From Candidatus Zhuqueibacterota bacterium (GTDB lineage: Bacteria > Zhuqueibacterota > Zhuqueibacteria > Thermofontimicrobiales > Thermofontimicrobiaceae): 64,000 bases of DNA. Where the stretch lies: contig JBMOPW010000034.1 in assembly GCA_049322915.1 (NCBI GenBank), positions 584,567-648,566 on the forward strand, in the 5' to 3' direction. The position numbers and the translations under genes are program-made. This document shows, piece after piece, positions 20,955 to 31,086 of this stretch (the stretch's first letter is position 1; each line of letters starts with the position of its first letter). A model generated the notes under the pieces. It was not told the DNA's origin, did no database searches, and worked only from the letters and a program-made list of their open reading frames with translations.

Positions 20955-21890
20955 TTATTTCAGGACGTCGTTATAAATCTGCACGGATTCGGCGCGCATC
21001 AACCGATCCACCGTCCGCTGATAGACCTCCTGCTGTTTGTCCATCACCAGATCCTGAGCCACCTGGCGCTCGACTTCCTGCAGTGATTTCTCGCGGACGA
21101 CATTGCCGGCGTCATCCTTTTCAACATACTTGTCTTTATGGGCCTGATAATACAATTCAACATCCGACGGCTCGATTTGCACTTCGCCCGTTATTTTATC
21201 CTGCAAATACTTTTGCACCATAATGCTCTTTTTGGATTGAAACGCCGCCTCAACCACTTCCGGGTCTTTATCGAGTTCCATATTTTTCGCTGACTGGTAC
21301 AGCAGTTCCGTCAGAATGTACTGGTTGAGGAACTCCACTTTTTTCTCTTTGCTGGTGTAATGCTGGCGCACCGAGGGCGGGAGCTGATTCAATTCAAAAT
21401 CAATATCGCCCTGGGTGATTTCACGCTCGCCAATGCGGGCGACGACAGCCCCGGGACGTTGCTTCTGAATGCCTTCCGGCTCCAGACTGGTTGACTCCCG
21501 CAATGTCTGGCTGGCATCTTCAGGTCGCTCCAGCCGTTCCAGGCAGGCGACTATTTTTTTATCGATCTGTGTCTGCAACTCTTCTTTGGGATTGAGGTAT
21601 TTCACCCGCACATAATAGGCCAGCGCATTTTCATAATCCTTCAGACGCTCGAAATAAATATCGGCAATCGTGTAGCTGATATTGGCCTGCTCGGCTTCAT
21701 CGAGTGTGTAGCTTTTCAAATAATTGATGTACTCCTGAGCCGACTGTTTGAATAGCTGCCGATTGTACAATTCATTCGCATAGTTGCGGGCTTTTTCTTT
21801 GTCAAAACCGGGCTGATTGGATACTTCATTGCACCCCGCTAAAAGCGCCAGCAACAACAGCCCTAAAATACTAAGTCCAAATCGTCTCAT
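20955..21890 (-). CDS. Lipoprotein with TPR region and SurA/PrsA N-terminal-like chaperone domain
   Basis: Lipobox LAGC, TPR-like helices, VVARIGEREIT...ELLYQSAK...VELYYQAHKDKY; no recognisable parvulin catalytic domain. Confidence 0.65.
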   Translation of the reverse strand: MRRFGLSILGLLLLALLAGCNEVSNQPGFDKEKARNYANELYNRQLFKQSAQEYINYLKSYTLDEAEQANISYTIADIYFERLKDYENALAYYVRVKYLNPKEELQTQIDKKIVACLERLERPEDASQTLRESTSLEPEGIQKQRPGAVVARIGEREITQGDIDFELNQLPPSVRQHYTSKEKKVEFLNQYILTELLYQSAKNMELDKDPEVVEAAFQSKKSIMVQKYLQDKITGEVQIEPSDVELYYQAHKDKYVEKDDAGNVVREKSLQEVERQVAQDLVMDKQQEVYQRTVDRLMRAESVQIYNDVLK

Positions 21891-22106
21891 AACCATGACC
21901 TCCTTCATCAATTCATCGAATGTTCTTGCTATCCAGCCGCAGTCCGCCTCTCGAATGGGGACTCCGCGCCTGTGATTCCTGTTTGATACGTCCTGTTACC
22001 CTGCGCCGGCGATAACCGATCCGGCCATTACCTTGACCGACACTTTTCATCGGGAGTGGTTCAATTGAAATTGCCTGAAGCGCGATGCTTTTCCAGCACA
22101 CTGCGC

Positions 22107-22985
22107 TCAACGAAATCGCTTGGCCCGCATTCGAAAGAAGCGAATGAGCGGCTCGATATAAGGCTGATCCGTACGAATGTCGATATGATCCACGTTGATC
22201 GATTTGAACAGCTTCAATCGGGTTTGTATTTCGTCGCTGGATTGTTTGCGATAGAGATTTCGCACCTCGGCGTAGGATGTGTCCACCAGTACGGTCTCGC
22301 CGGTCTCGGCGTCTTCCAGTTCAATGAAGCCCACATCCGGCAGGTCCACCTCGCGAGGATCCGTCACCGTTATCGCAACGATGTCGTGCCGGCGATTGGC
22401 GATTTGCAGCGCTTTTTCATAGCCGCTATTCATGAAATCCGAGACCAGAAATACGACGCTGCGCCGCCTGGACACGCGATTCAGATATTCCAGCGCGCCG
22501 CCGATGTTGGTCTTCGTCCCCTTCGGCTCGTGATACAGCAACTCCCGCAGAACCCGCAGCACATGGGCTTTGCCTTTTTTGGGCGGAATGAATTTTTCAA
22601 TTTCATCAGTGAAAATGATCAATCCGACTTTATCGTTATTCTTAATGGCCGAAAACGCCAGCAGTGCGCAGATCTCGATAGCGATTTCACCCTTCATTCG
22701 CTCGAACGTCCCGAAATTACCGGACGAACTCACATCGACGATGAGCATAACGGTCAATTCGCGCTCTTCTTCGAACACCTTGATAAAGGGATGTCCCATT
22801 CGCGCCGTCACATTCCAGTCAATCGAGCGAATATCATCGCCAACCTGATATTCCCGGACTTCGGTGAATTCCATCCCGCGTCCTTTGAACACAGAATGAT
22901 ATTCGCCTGAGAAAACATCGTTGACGATGCCGCGCGTGGTAATTTCAAGTCGCTTGACTTTCTTTAATATTTCCTTTGGTATCAT
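22107..22985 (-). CDS. DUF58 domain protein
   Basis: GEYHSVFKGRGMEF, REYQVGDDIRSIDWNVTAR, EEERE. Confidence 0.93.
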   Translation of the reverse strand: MIPKEILKKVKRLEITTRGIVNDVFSGEYHSVFKGRGMEFTEVREYQVGDDIRSIDWNVTARMGHPFIKVFEEERELTVMLIVDVSSSGNFGTFERMKGEIAIEICALLAFSAIKNNDKVGLIIFTDEIEKFIPPKKGKAHVLRVLRELLYHEPKGTKTNIGGALEYLNRVSRRRSVVFLVSDFMNSGYEKALQIANRRHDIVAITVTDPREVDLPDVGFIELEDAETGETVLVDTSYAEVRNLYRKQSSDEIQTRLKLFKSINVDHIDIRTDQPYIEPLIRFFRMRAKRFR

Positions 22986-23063
22986 GTCCTGTTCGTTTCA
23001 TTACTCATGAGAAAATTAACCCGGTTCAGTTCATACCCGAATCCATTGGATCGGACGCAGGAA

Positions 23064-24053
23064 TCAGGGCACCTCGATCCTGTTCAATATTTTCCTGACA
23101 ATGTCCTCGGCAGTCACTTCTTCGGCCTCTGCCTCATACGTGATGATCAACCGATGACGCAGGACATCCATGCCGATGGAGCGGACATCTTCCGGCGTCA
23201 CGTAGCCGCGATGGCGGAGGAATGCATGGGCTTTGGCTGCCATGGACAGATAAATGGACGCGCGCGGCGAGGCGCCGTACTGGATCAGATCCGATAGTTC
23301 ATCCAGCCCGTAATCTTTGGGATTGCGCGTGGCGAACACAATGTCGATGATGTACTGCTCAATTTTTTCATCCATGTAAATTTCCTGGACAACTTCCCGG
23401 GCCCTGATGATTTCCTGGGGTTTCACCACTGCCTTCGGTTCCGGTATCTCTTTCCGCGTCATCCGTCGCATGATCTCCAATTCTTCTTCTTTCGTTGGAT
23501 AGCCAATGGATAATTTGAGCATGAACCGGTCGATTTGCGCTTCGGGCAACGGATAGGTTCCTTCCTGTTCAATGGGGTTCTGTGTTGCCAGCACCAGGAA
23601 CGGGTCATCCAGCCGGTAGGTCGTTTCTCCGATGGTGACCTGTCGTTCCTGCATGGCTTCCAGCAGGGCTGACTGCACTTTTGCCGGGGAACGGTTGATT
23701 TCATCGGCAAGGATCAGATTGGAGAAAATCGGCCCTTTCTTTGTCGTGAATTTGCGCTCGGACTGATCGTAAATTAATGTTCCGATCAAGTCGGCCGGGA
23801 GCAAATCCGGCGTGAATTGAATGCGCTGGAATTTTGTCTGAATTGTTCCGGATAAAGTCTTCACCGCCAATGTCTTCGCCAGGCCCGGAACGCCTTCCAG
23901 ATGGACATGGCCATTGCACAGCAGTCCGATGAGCAATCGCTCGATCATGTACTTTTGGCCCACAATGACCTTGCCAACCTCCCCGGTGATTTTATCAACA
24001 AATTGGCTCTCGACTTTTATTTTTTCATTGAGCGCCTGAATGTCAACGTTCAT
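23064..24053 (-). CDS. moxR: MoxR family AAA+ ATPase
   Basis: EGVPGLAKT, RIQFTPDLLPAD, ADEINR, NPIEQEGTYPLPEAQIDRF, GASPRA. Confidence 0.96.
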   Translation of the reverse strand: MNVDIQALNEKIKVESQFVDKITGEVGKVIVGQKYMIERLLIGLLCNGHVHLEGVPGLAKTLAVKTLSGTIQTKFQRIQFTPDLLPADLIGTLIYDQSERKFTTKKGPIFSNLILADEINRSPAKVQSALLEAMQERQVTIGETTYRLDDPFLVLATQNPIEQEGTYPLPEAQIDRFMLKLSIGYPTKEEELEIMRRMTRKEIPEPKAVVKPQEIIRAREVVQEIYMDEKIEQYIIDIVFATRNPKDYGLDELSDLIQYGASPRASIYLSMAAKAHAFLRHRGYVTPEDVRSIGMDVLRHRLIITYEAEAEEVTAEDIVRKILNRIEVP

Positions 24054-24198
24054 TCTACCTCCTCATTATTCTCTGTATCGAAAGTTGAACTTCTTAATTG
24101 GTCTTTTATCTGAATTACGACGATTCTATCGCATTGCTGGAATGACATTTAAAACAAAACAATCAAGGCGACGGTTGACGGCAGAATCAGTCATTGCC

Positions 24199-25158
24199 TC
24201 ATCGCGATGTGCTGTCATTCATCTTTGCTAATTTGAACTCAGCCAGGTTTTTCTCGAGAATCGTTTCGATGAGCGTGTAAATTCGATCCAAATCCCCGCG
24301 CTCGCCAATTGTCCCGGCAAATTTAGCAAGGTCGCTGATATTCAGGATTTCCTCGATGTTTGTGAGCATGGCCGGATCGATCTGCCGGCCCTGCAGATTG
24401 CGGATGATGTTGTCCGTTGTCGATTCCATTGCAGCCACATCGTATTTCTGAGACAGGTATTTGCGCAGAATTTTCGAAAGGGCGGCAAAGGCCTCATTGG
24501 GACGAATATTCGGCGATTTCAAATCCAGCGACTGGCGCAGCATGGTCAAAAATTCTTCTTCCAGCGACACGACCTTCACCTGCTGCTGGCTGGCATGTTT
24601 TTTTCGCATCTCCCGCATCCACCATAATGCGCCGAGAATAGCCGCCACGGTCAGCAGGCCAATCCCAATCAACCACATCGTACCCGGGGATGATTCTCCC
24701 GGCTCCGGCACAGACTCAATCACTTTCACGTTCAGCCGGTTTGTCATCATATGATAGGGTTCATCCGTCGCCAAATCGATGTATTTCACCACCACGCCTT
24801 CGATATACCCCATGCCCAGGGACGTGGGTTTCAAAGTGAATTCATACAGCTTGGCGGCCTTTGTAACGCCGTTTTCACTGCTCCTTTTATCGGATACCGA
24901 TGTCCCGTAAATTTCAAAATTCTCCACAACTGGCGTTTCCACCTCACCGATCTGAAAGCGATTGAAATCGCCAGACCACTCGACCTTCACTGTAAAAGTG
25001 AGGTTTCGATTCATGGGAATTTCTTTGGCTGACACCTGCGCGCTGATGGTTATCTGCGACTGGGAATTGACGCCACTGGTAACCTGTGCGTTTACGCCGG
25101 AGTAACTGGACATGAGCAAGAAAAAACCGATGAATAAAAATACTCTCCGTTGAAACAT
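24199..25158 (-). CDS. BatD-like membrane protein (similar architecture to 19745-20800)
   Basis: Signal peptide, Ig-like domain, TM helix, C-terminal AMESTT...DLAKFA similar to the C-terminus of 19745-20800. Confidence 0.65.
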   Translation of the reverse strand: MFQRRVFLFIGFFLLMSSYSGVNAQVTSGVNSQSQITISAQVSAKEIPMNRNLTFTVKVEWSGDFNRFQIGEVETPVVENFEIYGTSVSDKRSSENGVTKAAKLYEFTLKPTSLGMGYIEGVVVKYIDLATDEPYHMMTNRLNVKVIESVPEPGESSPGTMWLIGIGLLTVAAILGALWWMREMRKKHASQQQVKVVSLEEEFLTMLRQSLDLKSPNIRPNEAFAALSKILRKYLSQKYDVAAMESTTDNIIRNLQGRQIDPAMLTNIEEILNISDLAKFAGTIGERGDLDRIYTLIETILEKNLAEFKLAKMNDSTSR

Positions 25159-25581
25159 GCTCTCCTCTGATTTTACACATAGTTTATAGACGGCACGCCA
25201 CTTCATTTTGTTTTGAAAGGCATAAAAAAAACCGATAATTTAATGGAAATTTTCCAGGATTAAACAATCGGTTTGTGCTCAATGAATCGCTTTGTATCTT
25301 CAGACAGTTCAGCTTTACGATTCGCCCGCTGCACTGCGCTATCCATTTTGAATTTTTTTCCCGCAAATAACAGAGAACTCACGTTCGACTGATGATCGCT
25401 CTCCGAACGCGATCTCGCCCTGTTTTCGTTGATAATAATGATATAAAAACTGAATGTTAATCAATGTCAATGCGTCCCGATGACACCTGAAATATTTATT
25501 TCATGAATGGTTATGAGTCCCACCTGCAATGGAATGGATAGCTTTTCTCACGTAGAACCGATTGTGTGCTGTAATAAGGTA

Positions 25582-26106
25582 TCAATGCTTTTGCGAATCA
25601 GACGCAGTCTGATCTTTGGTATCGGATTTCAAAAAATCGATGTCATTGATATCCTTCCCCAGGTTGTCCAATTCCCACTGAACAGAACTGCAAAGCTCAT
25701 TGTTCGGATAGCTCGCGAGGAATTTTGAGTAGTATTCTTTGGCTTTATCCAGGTCTTTGATGTCATTGGCGAAATGATAGCCAATCATGAACAGGGACTG
25801 GGCGCCCATCTTGCTTTCGGGATATTGACTGATAAGACGCTGATGCGTTTCAATGGATTTCTCGAACTGAGCCAGATTGTTCGAATAAATCTGGCCGATG
25901 CTGAACAGAACAGAATCAGCCGAACTGGCTCGAGGATATTCTTTTACAAACTGCTCATAGACCTCGATTGCTTCTTTGTATTGTTCATTCCGTTCAAATC
26001 TTTTTGCTTCGGCATACAATTGTTCTTTGGTCTTCTTTGTTCCGCACCCGACAATAAGAATCTGGATTAAAAAAGTGACTATCAGTAAAGAAGCAACACG
26101 ATTCAT
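25582..26106 (-). CDS. TPR lipoprotein (BamD/YbgF-like repeats)
   Basis: Lipobox IVGC; repeated FVKEYP/LISQYP/FLASYP units. Confidence 0.75.
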   Translation of the reverse strand: MNRVASLLIVTFLIQILIVGCGTKKTKEQLYAEAKRFERNEQYKEAIEVYEQFVKEYPRASSADSVLFSIGQIYSNNLAQFEKSIETHQRLISQYPESKMGAQSLFMIGYHFANDIKDLDKAKEYYSKFLASYPNNELCSSVQWELDNLGKDINDIDFLKSDTKDQTASDSQKH

Positions 26107-26315
26107 ACTACCTGCCTCCATTAACAATGTGTTGTGAAAATTTAATTGTGTAATTAGAGTAATTTGTATCGGTGATTTTATCTATCAGGGTGATTTTTAC
26201 ATTGAGGGGAAATAGCCTTAATTATAAGTTTTCAAAGATAATACATTATCACCTTTATTTGTATTACACAATTTCAACTTACACGCTATTAAAAAGTTCC
26301 GATTATTTTCTAAAT

Positions 26316-26350
26316 AAAAAAACCCGGCCCGGTGAACCGGGTCAGGTTTT
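26316..26350 (-). terminator. Probable rho-independent terminator
   Basis: aaaaaaacccggcccggtgaaccgggtcaggtttt: GC-rich imperfect hairpin with a U-run on the minus strand, downstream of 26438-27034. Confidence 0.65.
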
Positions 26351-26437
26351 GTCGGCAGGTATTCTCTGTTCGATGGATCGGGTCTTCCTCATTGCGATGA
26401 GCCGCTTTACGCGACGCTATCAGTGGGCATGATGCAT

Positions 26438-27034
26438 TTATTTCTCCATCCGGGAGAGATCAAAATCCAGCAGAATGCTATCGTCCGTGATGACGGGCTC
26501 GTCGTCTTCGTCCGGAAACCATTGGCTCCGCTTCTGCTTGATTCGATGTTGCAGCCTGCAGAAGCTGACCAGAGTCAGAATCCCTGAGATCAAAAACAGA
26601 CCGATGATTGCCAACAGCATTGAGCTTTTCACGACATCAACTTTTGCTATCTGAATTGGCTTCTCAACATCGTGTTTGCCGGAGCCCTGCTCCGGTGCGG
26701 ATTTTGCCGCCACGCTTTTCGACGCCTCCCCGATGTCCAGCACTGTCTGTTTCTGATATAACCGATGAATGGCATCGAGACTGGGAACGATGATATTGGT
26801 CTCACCCGAACTGAACTTTGTCACGTCGTAGTGATTGTTCACCAGATTGAGCGATGCGCCATATTTCTCTGTGCCATAATATCGAAGCGATAACTTGTCG
26901 AATAACTCCTGTCGTTTCAATGCCTGTGGTTTGTGGTCAGTCAGCAAGGATTCCCGTAACGTCGTGATTGCATCAGTTTTCAGAATCGACACCAGGGCCA
27001 GGACTAAGAATAAAAGTAATAAACTTCGTTTCAT
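26438..27034 (-). CDS. Exported membrane-anchored protein with a LysM-like segment
   Basis: GGAGG RBS, signal peptide, ELFDKLSLRYYGTEKY...LVN...IIVP resembling LysM, C-terminal TM helix and acidic tail. Confidence 0.55.
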   Translation of the reverse strand: MKRSLLLLFLVLALVSILKTDAITTLRESLLTDHKPQALKRQELFDKLSLRYYGTEKYGASLNLVNNHYDVTKFSSGETNIIVPSLDAIHRLYQKQTVLDIGEASKSVAAKSAPEQGSGKHDVEKPIQIAKVDVVKSSMLLAIIGLFLISGILTLVSFCRLQHRIKQKRSQWFPDEDDEPVITDDSILLDFDLSRMEK

Positions 27035-27080
27035 GACTATTCACCTCCGCTAAGTTTCAATGCGTTTTAGCCAGTGTTCA

Positions 27081-27096
27081 AGCAAACACAATGCCA
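27081..27096 (-). promoter_or_regulatory. Sigma-54 (-24/-12) promoter
   Basis: Minus strand TGGCATTGTGTTTGCT = GG-N10-GC, 47 bp upstream of the ATG at 27034. Confidence 0.75.
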
Positions 27097-27447
27097 AAAC
27101 TAATGCAAATTTTCGCCCGAGGCTAACATAGCATGTTCTTTGAGAGTTAGCTCCTGTGTAAAATGCGACTGACTCCGATGACGCCCAACCCGATTGCACC
27201 ATTTATGTAATTCTTACACAGCGACCTTTATCGGTTTCATGGCAACCCATTGATTATCTGGCATCTATCAAAATACCATCTCGTATAGAATTTACCGGAT
27301 TTATGCACGAGAAAAATAATCAGTTGATTTATTGATTTCAAATTCTTATAATACAGCATCAAACCAGTTCACATCTTCGTCGTGCACCCTGTGGACACAT
27401 GGAAACCCATTTCAATTGTGTCAATTAAAGTAACTCAGGAGGTTGCG

Positions 27448-30201
27448 ATGATTTACAAAGCTGCTCTCATGTTATCGACTCTTTTGCTCGTGGCCACGGT
27501 GTTGTTCAGCAAAGACACACTCACGACGCACTCCAGCCCGCGCATCTTTTCCGGAAATCAGTTGAAAGAAATTGCCTTTCCTCTTGGCGGGATTGGTACC
27601 GGCAACATCTCATTAGGCGGACGCGGCGAGCTTCGGGATTGGGAAATTTTCAATCGTCCCGGCAAGAATAAACAGCCCAATCTGACCTTTTTCGCGCTCT
27701 GGGCCAGGAAAGAAAATAGCGCTCCGATTGCAAAAATATTGGAACGAAAACTAATGCCGCCATACACCGGCTGGATGGGAATACCCCGTCACACTCTTTC
27801 CGGCTGCCCCCGATTTGAGGAAGTTGAATTTCTGGGAGAATATCCCTTTGCTCAGCTCACTTTCAGGGATGAAACAGTTCCGGTTCGGGTGAAGCTCGAA
27901 GCGTTCAATCCGTTCATCCCGCTGGATGCCGATAACAGCGGGCTTCCGGTGGCTATTTTCAACTGGTCTCTTCACAATCCCAACGATGTCCCGGTGGAAG
28001 TCGCTATTTGCTTCAGCATGCAAAACCCCATCGGAACGGATGGCAAGGATTTCGGTGGCGCCGTGGTGAAAAATGGCATCAATGAATTTGTGAACAACGG
28101 CCGCGTCAGCGGGATCAGGTTCAGTTCCAATTATCTGAAACCCGATGATGTCCGATTTGGCAGTTTCGCCGTGACTACGCCAGAAAAAGAGATCAACGTC
28201 CAGACAAGCTGGTACCGCGGCGGCTGGTGGGACAATGCCCATATTTTCTGGGATGATTTTTCCGATGACGGCGCAGTGAGCGATACCAGAGAACGAACGG
28301 TCTCTGCCGAGAACAGCACGGATGTCGCCACGGTCATCGTCAAAATCAACATGCTGCCCGGCGAAGAAAAACGAATTCCGTTCCTGCTCTCGTGGCATTT
28401 TCCATATCGTGAAAATTACTGGAATGGCGAGGAGTCGGTCAAGGGCAAAATCATGAAAAATTATTACGCCACAAAATTCGTCGATGCCTTTGACGTGGCC
28501 GATTATGTGATGCGCTCCATGGATTATCTGGAAACGACCAGCCGGCTGTACCATCGCTCTCTCTTCACCAGCACCTATCCCGCTTACGTGATCGACGCGG
28601 TTTCATCCCAGGCGTCCATTTTGAAGACCAACACCGTGATGCGGATCGGCGATGGCCAATTCTTCGGCTTCGAAGGGCTGACCGACGACCGCGGCTGCTG
28701 TCCCCTGAATTGCACCCACGTCTGGAACTACGCTCAAACAGCCGCGTTTCTCTTCCCTTCGCTGGAACGGTCTGCGCGCGAGACCGATTTTCTCCATAAT
28801 ACCTTTGATAATGGCTACATGGTTTTCCGAACCCTCATTCCGCTCGGCGATTACTGGTGGCAGTTCAAGGCCTGCGCCGATGGGCAGATGGGATCGATTC
28901 TCCGCGCCTATCGCGAATGGAAACTTTCCGGCGACACGCAATGGCTGAGCCGCCTCTGGCCCGGGATAAAAAAATCGCTGGAATTCGCCTGGCAGGGCGT
29001 TGGACCTGTAGATGAAAAATTCAAGTGGCAGAAGGAAAATATCCAGGCGCCGTGGGATGCGGACAAGGACGGCGTGATGGAAGGCGAACAGCACAATACC
29101 TACGATATCGAATTCTACGGCCCCAACACCATGACCGGCTCGATTTATCTTGCCGCACTGAAAGCGGCCTCCGAGATGGCCCAGGCCATGGGCGACCGGA
29201 ACGCTGCCAGTGAGTATTTAAAAATTTACAAATCCGGCAGCGCGAAGTATGACCGACTGCTTTGGAATGGGCATTATTACATTCAAAAAGTTCAGGTGGA
29301 AAAAGGACTCGTTGTCCCTGATTGGCTGAAAACACCGCAGGCGGAGAGCTGCGATGATCCCAATTGCACCTGCAAATCCTCGCCGGGCGGAAAGAAAAAA
29401 GCGTTGGAAAGCGACCTGATTCCCAAATACCAGTACGGCGATGGCTGTCTCTCTGACCAGCTTCTGGGCCAATACGAAGCGTTCGTCCTGGGGCTGGGAT
29501 ATGTCTTGGACCCGACCCATGTTCGCACCGCGCTGAAGTCAATCTATGATCACAATTTCCGGCGGGAACTGGATGACTTTGCCAATGTGCAGCGCGTGTA
29601 TGCGCTCAACGATGAGGCCGGGCTGCTCCTTTGCTCCTGGCCCGATGGCAACCGGCCGCGGCTGCCCTTTGTCTATTCCGACGAAGTCTGGACAGGCATC
29701 GAATATCAGGTTGCTGCCAGCCTCATTTATGCCGGTTATGTGAAAGAAGGTCTGGAAATTGTCGAAGCAGTCAGGAATCGCCACGATGGACTGCGCCGGA
29801 ATCCGTGGGATGAATTCGAATGCGGCCATCACTATGCCCGCGCCATGGCCTCGTGGGCCGTGCTGCTGGCGCTTTCCGGCTACGTGTACGATGGCGTCGC
29901 CCAAACCATGAGCTTCGCTCCGGCCATTCATCAGGAAGACTTTGCGACGTTCTGGTCGTGCGGCGACGGTTGGGGCAATTTCAGTCTGAACGAAACCGGC
30001 GCTTCGCTGCGAACCGAGTTTGGCGGGGTGACGCTCACTCAATTTTCATTTGACGCTCCCTGGAATAAAAAAGTGCGCAGTGTGAAAATCGATGCAGTCG
30101 CCGCCGCCTGCAAAATCGATCACACGGAAAATACATATCGGATCCGTTTTGACCGCCCGGTGGAAATCAAACAGCACGAGCGATTAACCATTGAATTTTA
30201 A
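27448..30201 (+). CDS. Glycoside hydrolase family 116
   Basis: AGGAGG RBS, signal peptide, FPLGGIGTG, GEYPFA, CTHVWNY, ADGQ, HNTYDIE, EVWTGIEY, NPWDEFECGHHYARAM. Confidence 0.9.
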   Translation: MIYKAALMLSTLLLVATVLFSKDTLTTHSSPRIFSGNQLKEIAFPLGGIGTGNISLGGRGELRDWEIFNRPGKNKQPNLTFFALWARKENSAPIAKILERKLMPPYTGWMGIPRHTLSGCPRFEEVEFLGEYPFAQLTFRDETVPVRVKLEAFNPFIPLDADNSGLPVAIFNWSLHNPNDVPVEVAICFSMQNPIGTDGKDFGGAVVKNGINEFVNNGRVSGIRFSSNYLKPDDVRFGSFAVTTPEKEINVQTSWYRGGWWDNAHIFWDDFSDDGAVSDTRERTVSAENSTDVATVIVKINMLPGEEKRIPFLLSWHFPYRENYWNGEESVKGKIMKNYYATKFVDAFDVADYVMRSMDYLETTSRLYHRSLFTSTYPAYVIDAVSSQASILKTNTVMRIGDGQFFGFEGLTDDRGCCPLNCTHVWNYAQTAAFLFPSLERSARETDFLHNTFDNGYMVFRTLIPLGDYWWQFKACADGQMGSILRAYREWKLSGDTQWLSRLWPGIKKSLEFAWQGVGPVDEKFKWQKENIQAPWDADKDGVMEGEQHNTYDIEFYGPNTMTGSIYLAALKAASEMAQAMGDRNAASEYLKIYKSGSAKYDRLLWNGHYYIQKVQVEKGLVVPDWLKTPQAESCDDPNCTCKSSPGGKKKALESDLIPKYQYGDGCLSDQLLGQYEAFVLGLGYVLDPTHVRTALKSIYDHNFRRELDDFANVQRVYALNDEAGLLLCSWPDGNRPRLPFVYSDEVWTGIEYQVAASLIYAGYVKEGLEIVEAVRNRHDGLRRNPWDEFECGHHYARAMASWAVLLALSGYVYDGVAQTMSFAPAIHQEDFATFWSCGDGWGNFSLNETGASLRTEFGGVTLTQFSFDAPWNKKVRSVKIDAVAAACKIDHTENTYRIRFDRPVEIKQHERLTIEF

Positions 30202-30205
30202 TCAC

Positions 30206-30325
30206 TGTTCAGGTTCCAGGTTAAAAGTTCCCGGTTCAAGGTTTACAAGAGATCAGATTTAACAGATTGAAGAAATATGAAGAGCGTAAGGTCATTCACT
30301 CTGAACCTTGAACGATGAATCTGAC
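30206..30325. repeat. Degenerate inverted heptamer (GGTTC-type) repeat pair
   Basis: gttcaggttccaggtt...ggttcaaggtt facing ctgaaccttgaacgatgaatctg. The reverse complement of 30301-30323 matches 52110-52132 at 21/23. Confidence 0.6.
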
Positions 30326-30337
30326 TACCTGAATAGT

Positions 30338-31017
30338 GTCTGTCCGAAAACACCTGAATTAGCCATGGGGGTGATATTTTCATACTTCATTACGTCGGAC
30401 CTCATCCCCTAAACTCCCTCTCCTTGTAGGCTAATCCTTACCCATACGTTGGGGGATATTAACCCTAAAACGTCATTTAGCCTGCATTATTCATAGTATT
30501 TTTAGAGGAGGCTGGCTAACCTGAATGGTGCTCTTTTTGGAATAAACATATAAAAACTGAGTTTCAAAATAGCTTAGCATTTAGCTAATTGAAAATCTGA
30601 ATGTTGACTCAAATTCTGAGCAAGTTCATGAATAATTCAGGTAAGTAAATTTATCACACTATGTTGAGTTTTTCATCTATCAAAAATACAATATACAACG
30701 ATAAAAAATCTATGTGACGTAGTAGGGTTAACACATCAAACGAAACGCAGAGGTCGCGAAGGGCGCAGAGAAAAGACCCGCTTTAAATTGGTCTGAGTGA
30801 TTTTAAAATTTTCAATCAAACATTGAAAATCATGTTCACCCATAGTCACAGAAGACCAGAATAACCAGGGAAATATCTGGTTTCATCAGTTTGCAAACAG
30901 CTTTTTTTCAATACCAAAACTCTGCGTGCCTCTGCGACCGCTGCGTTAGAAAAGATATGGGTAAGCCTTTTCGGAGAGGATTGGGGTGAGGTCAATAATA
31001 GCAGTTTTCGGACAGAC
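30338..31017. mobile_element. Non-autonomous MITE-like composite element with nested inverted repeats
   Basis: Perfect 14-bp outer IR GTCTGTCCGAAAAC (30338-30351 / 31004-31017) enclosing five further IR pairs; AT-rich; no transposase ORF. Confidence 0.65.
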
Positions 31018-31086
31018 TCAAAATAGCCACGAATTTCAATCAGTCCGATTGGGCGATTATCTGGTCTGAACAAATTAACAGTGCCT

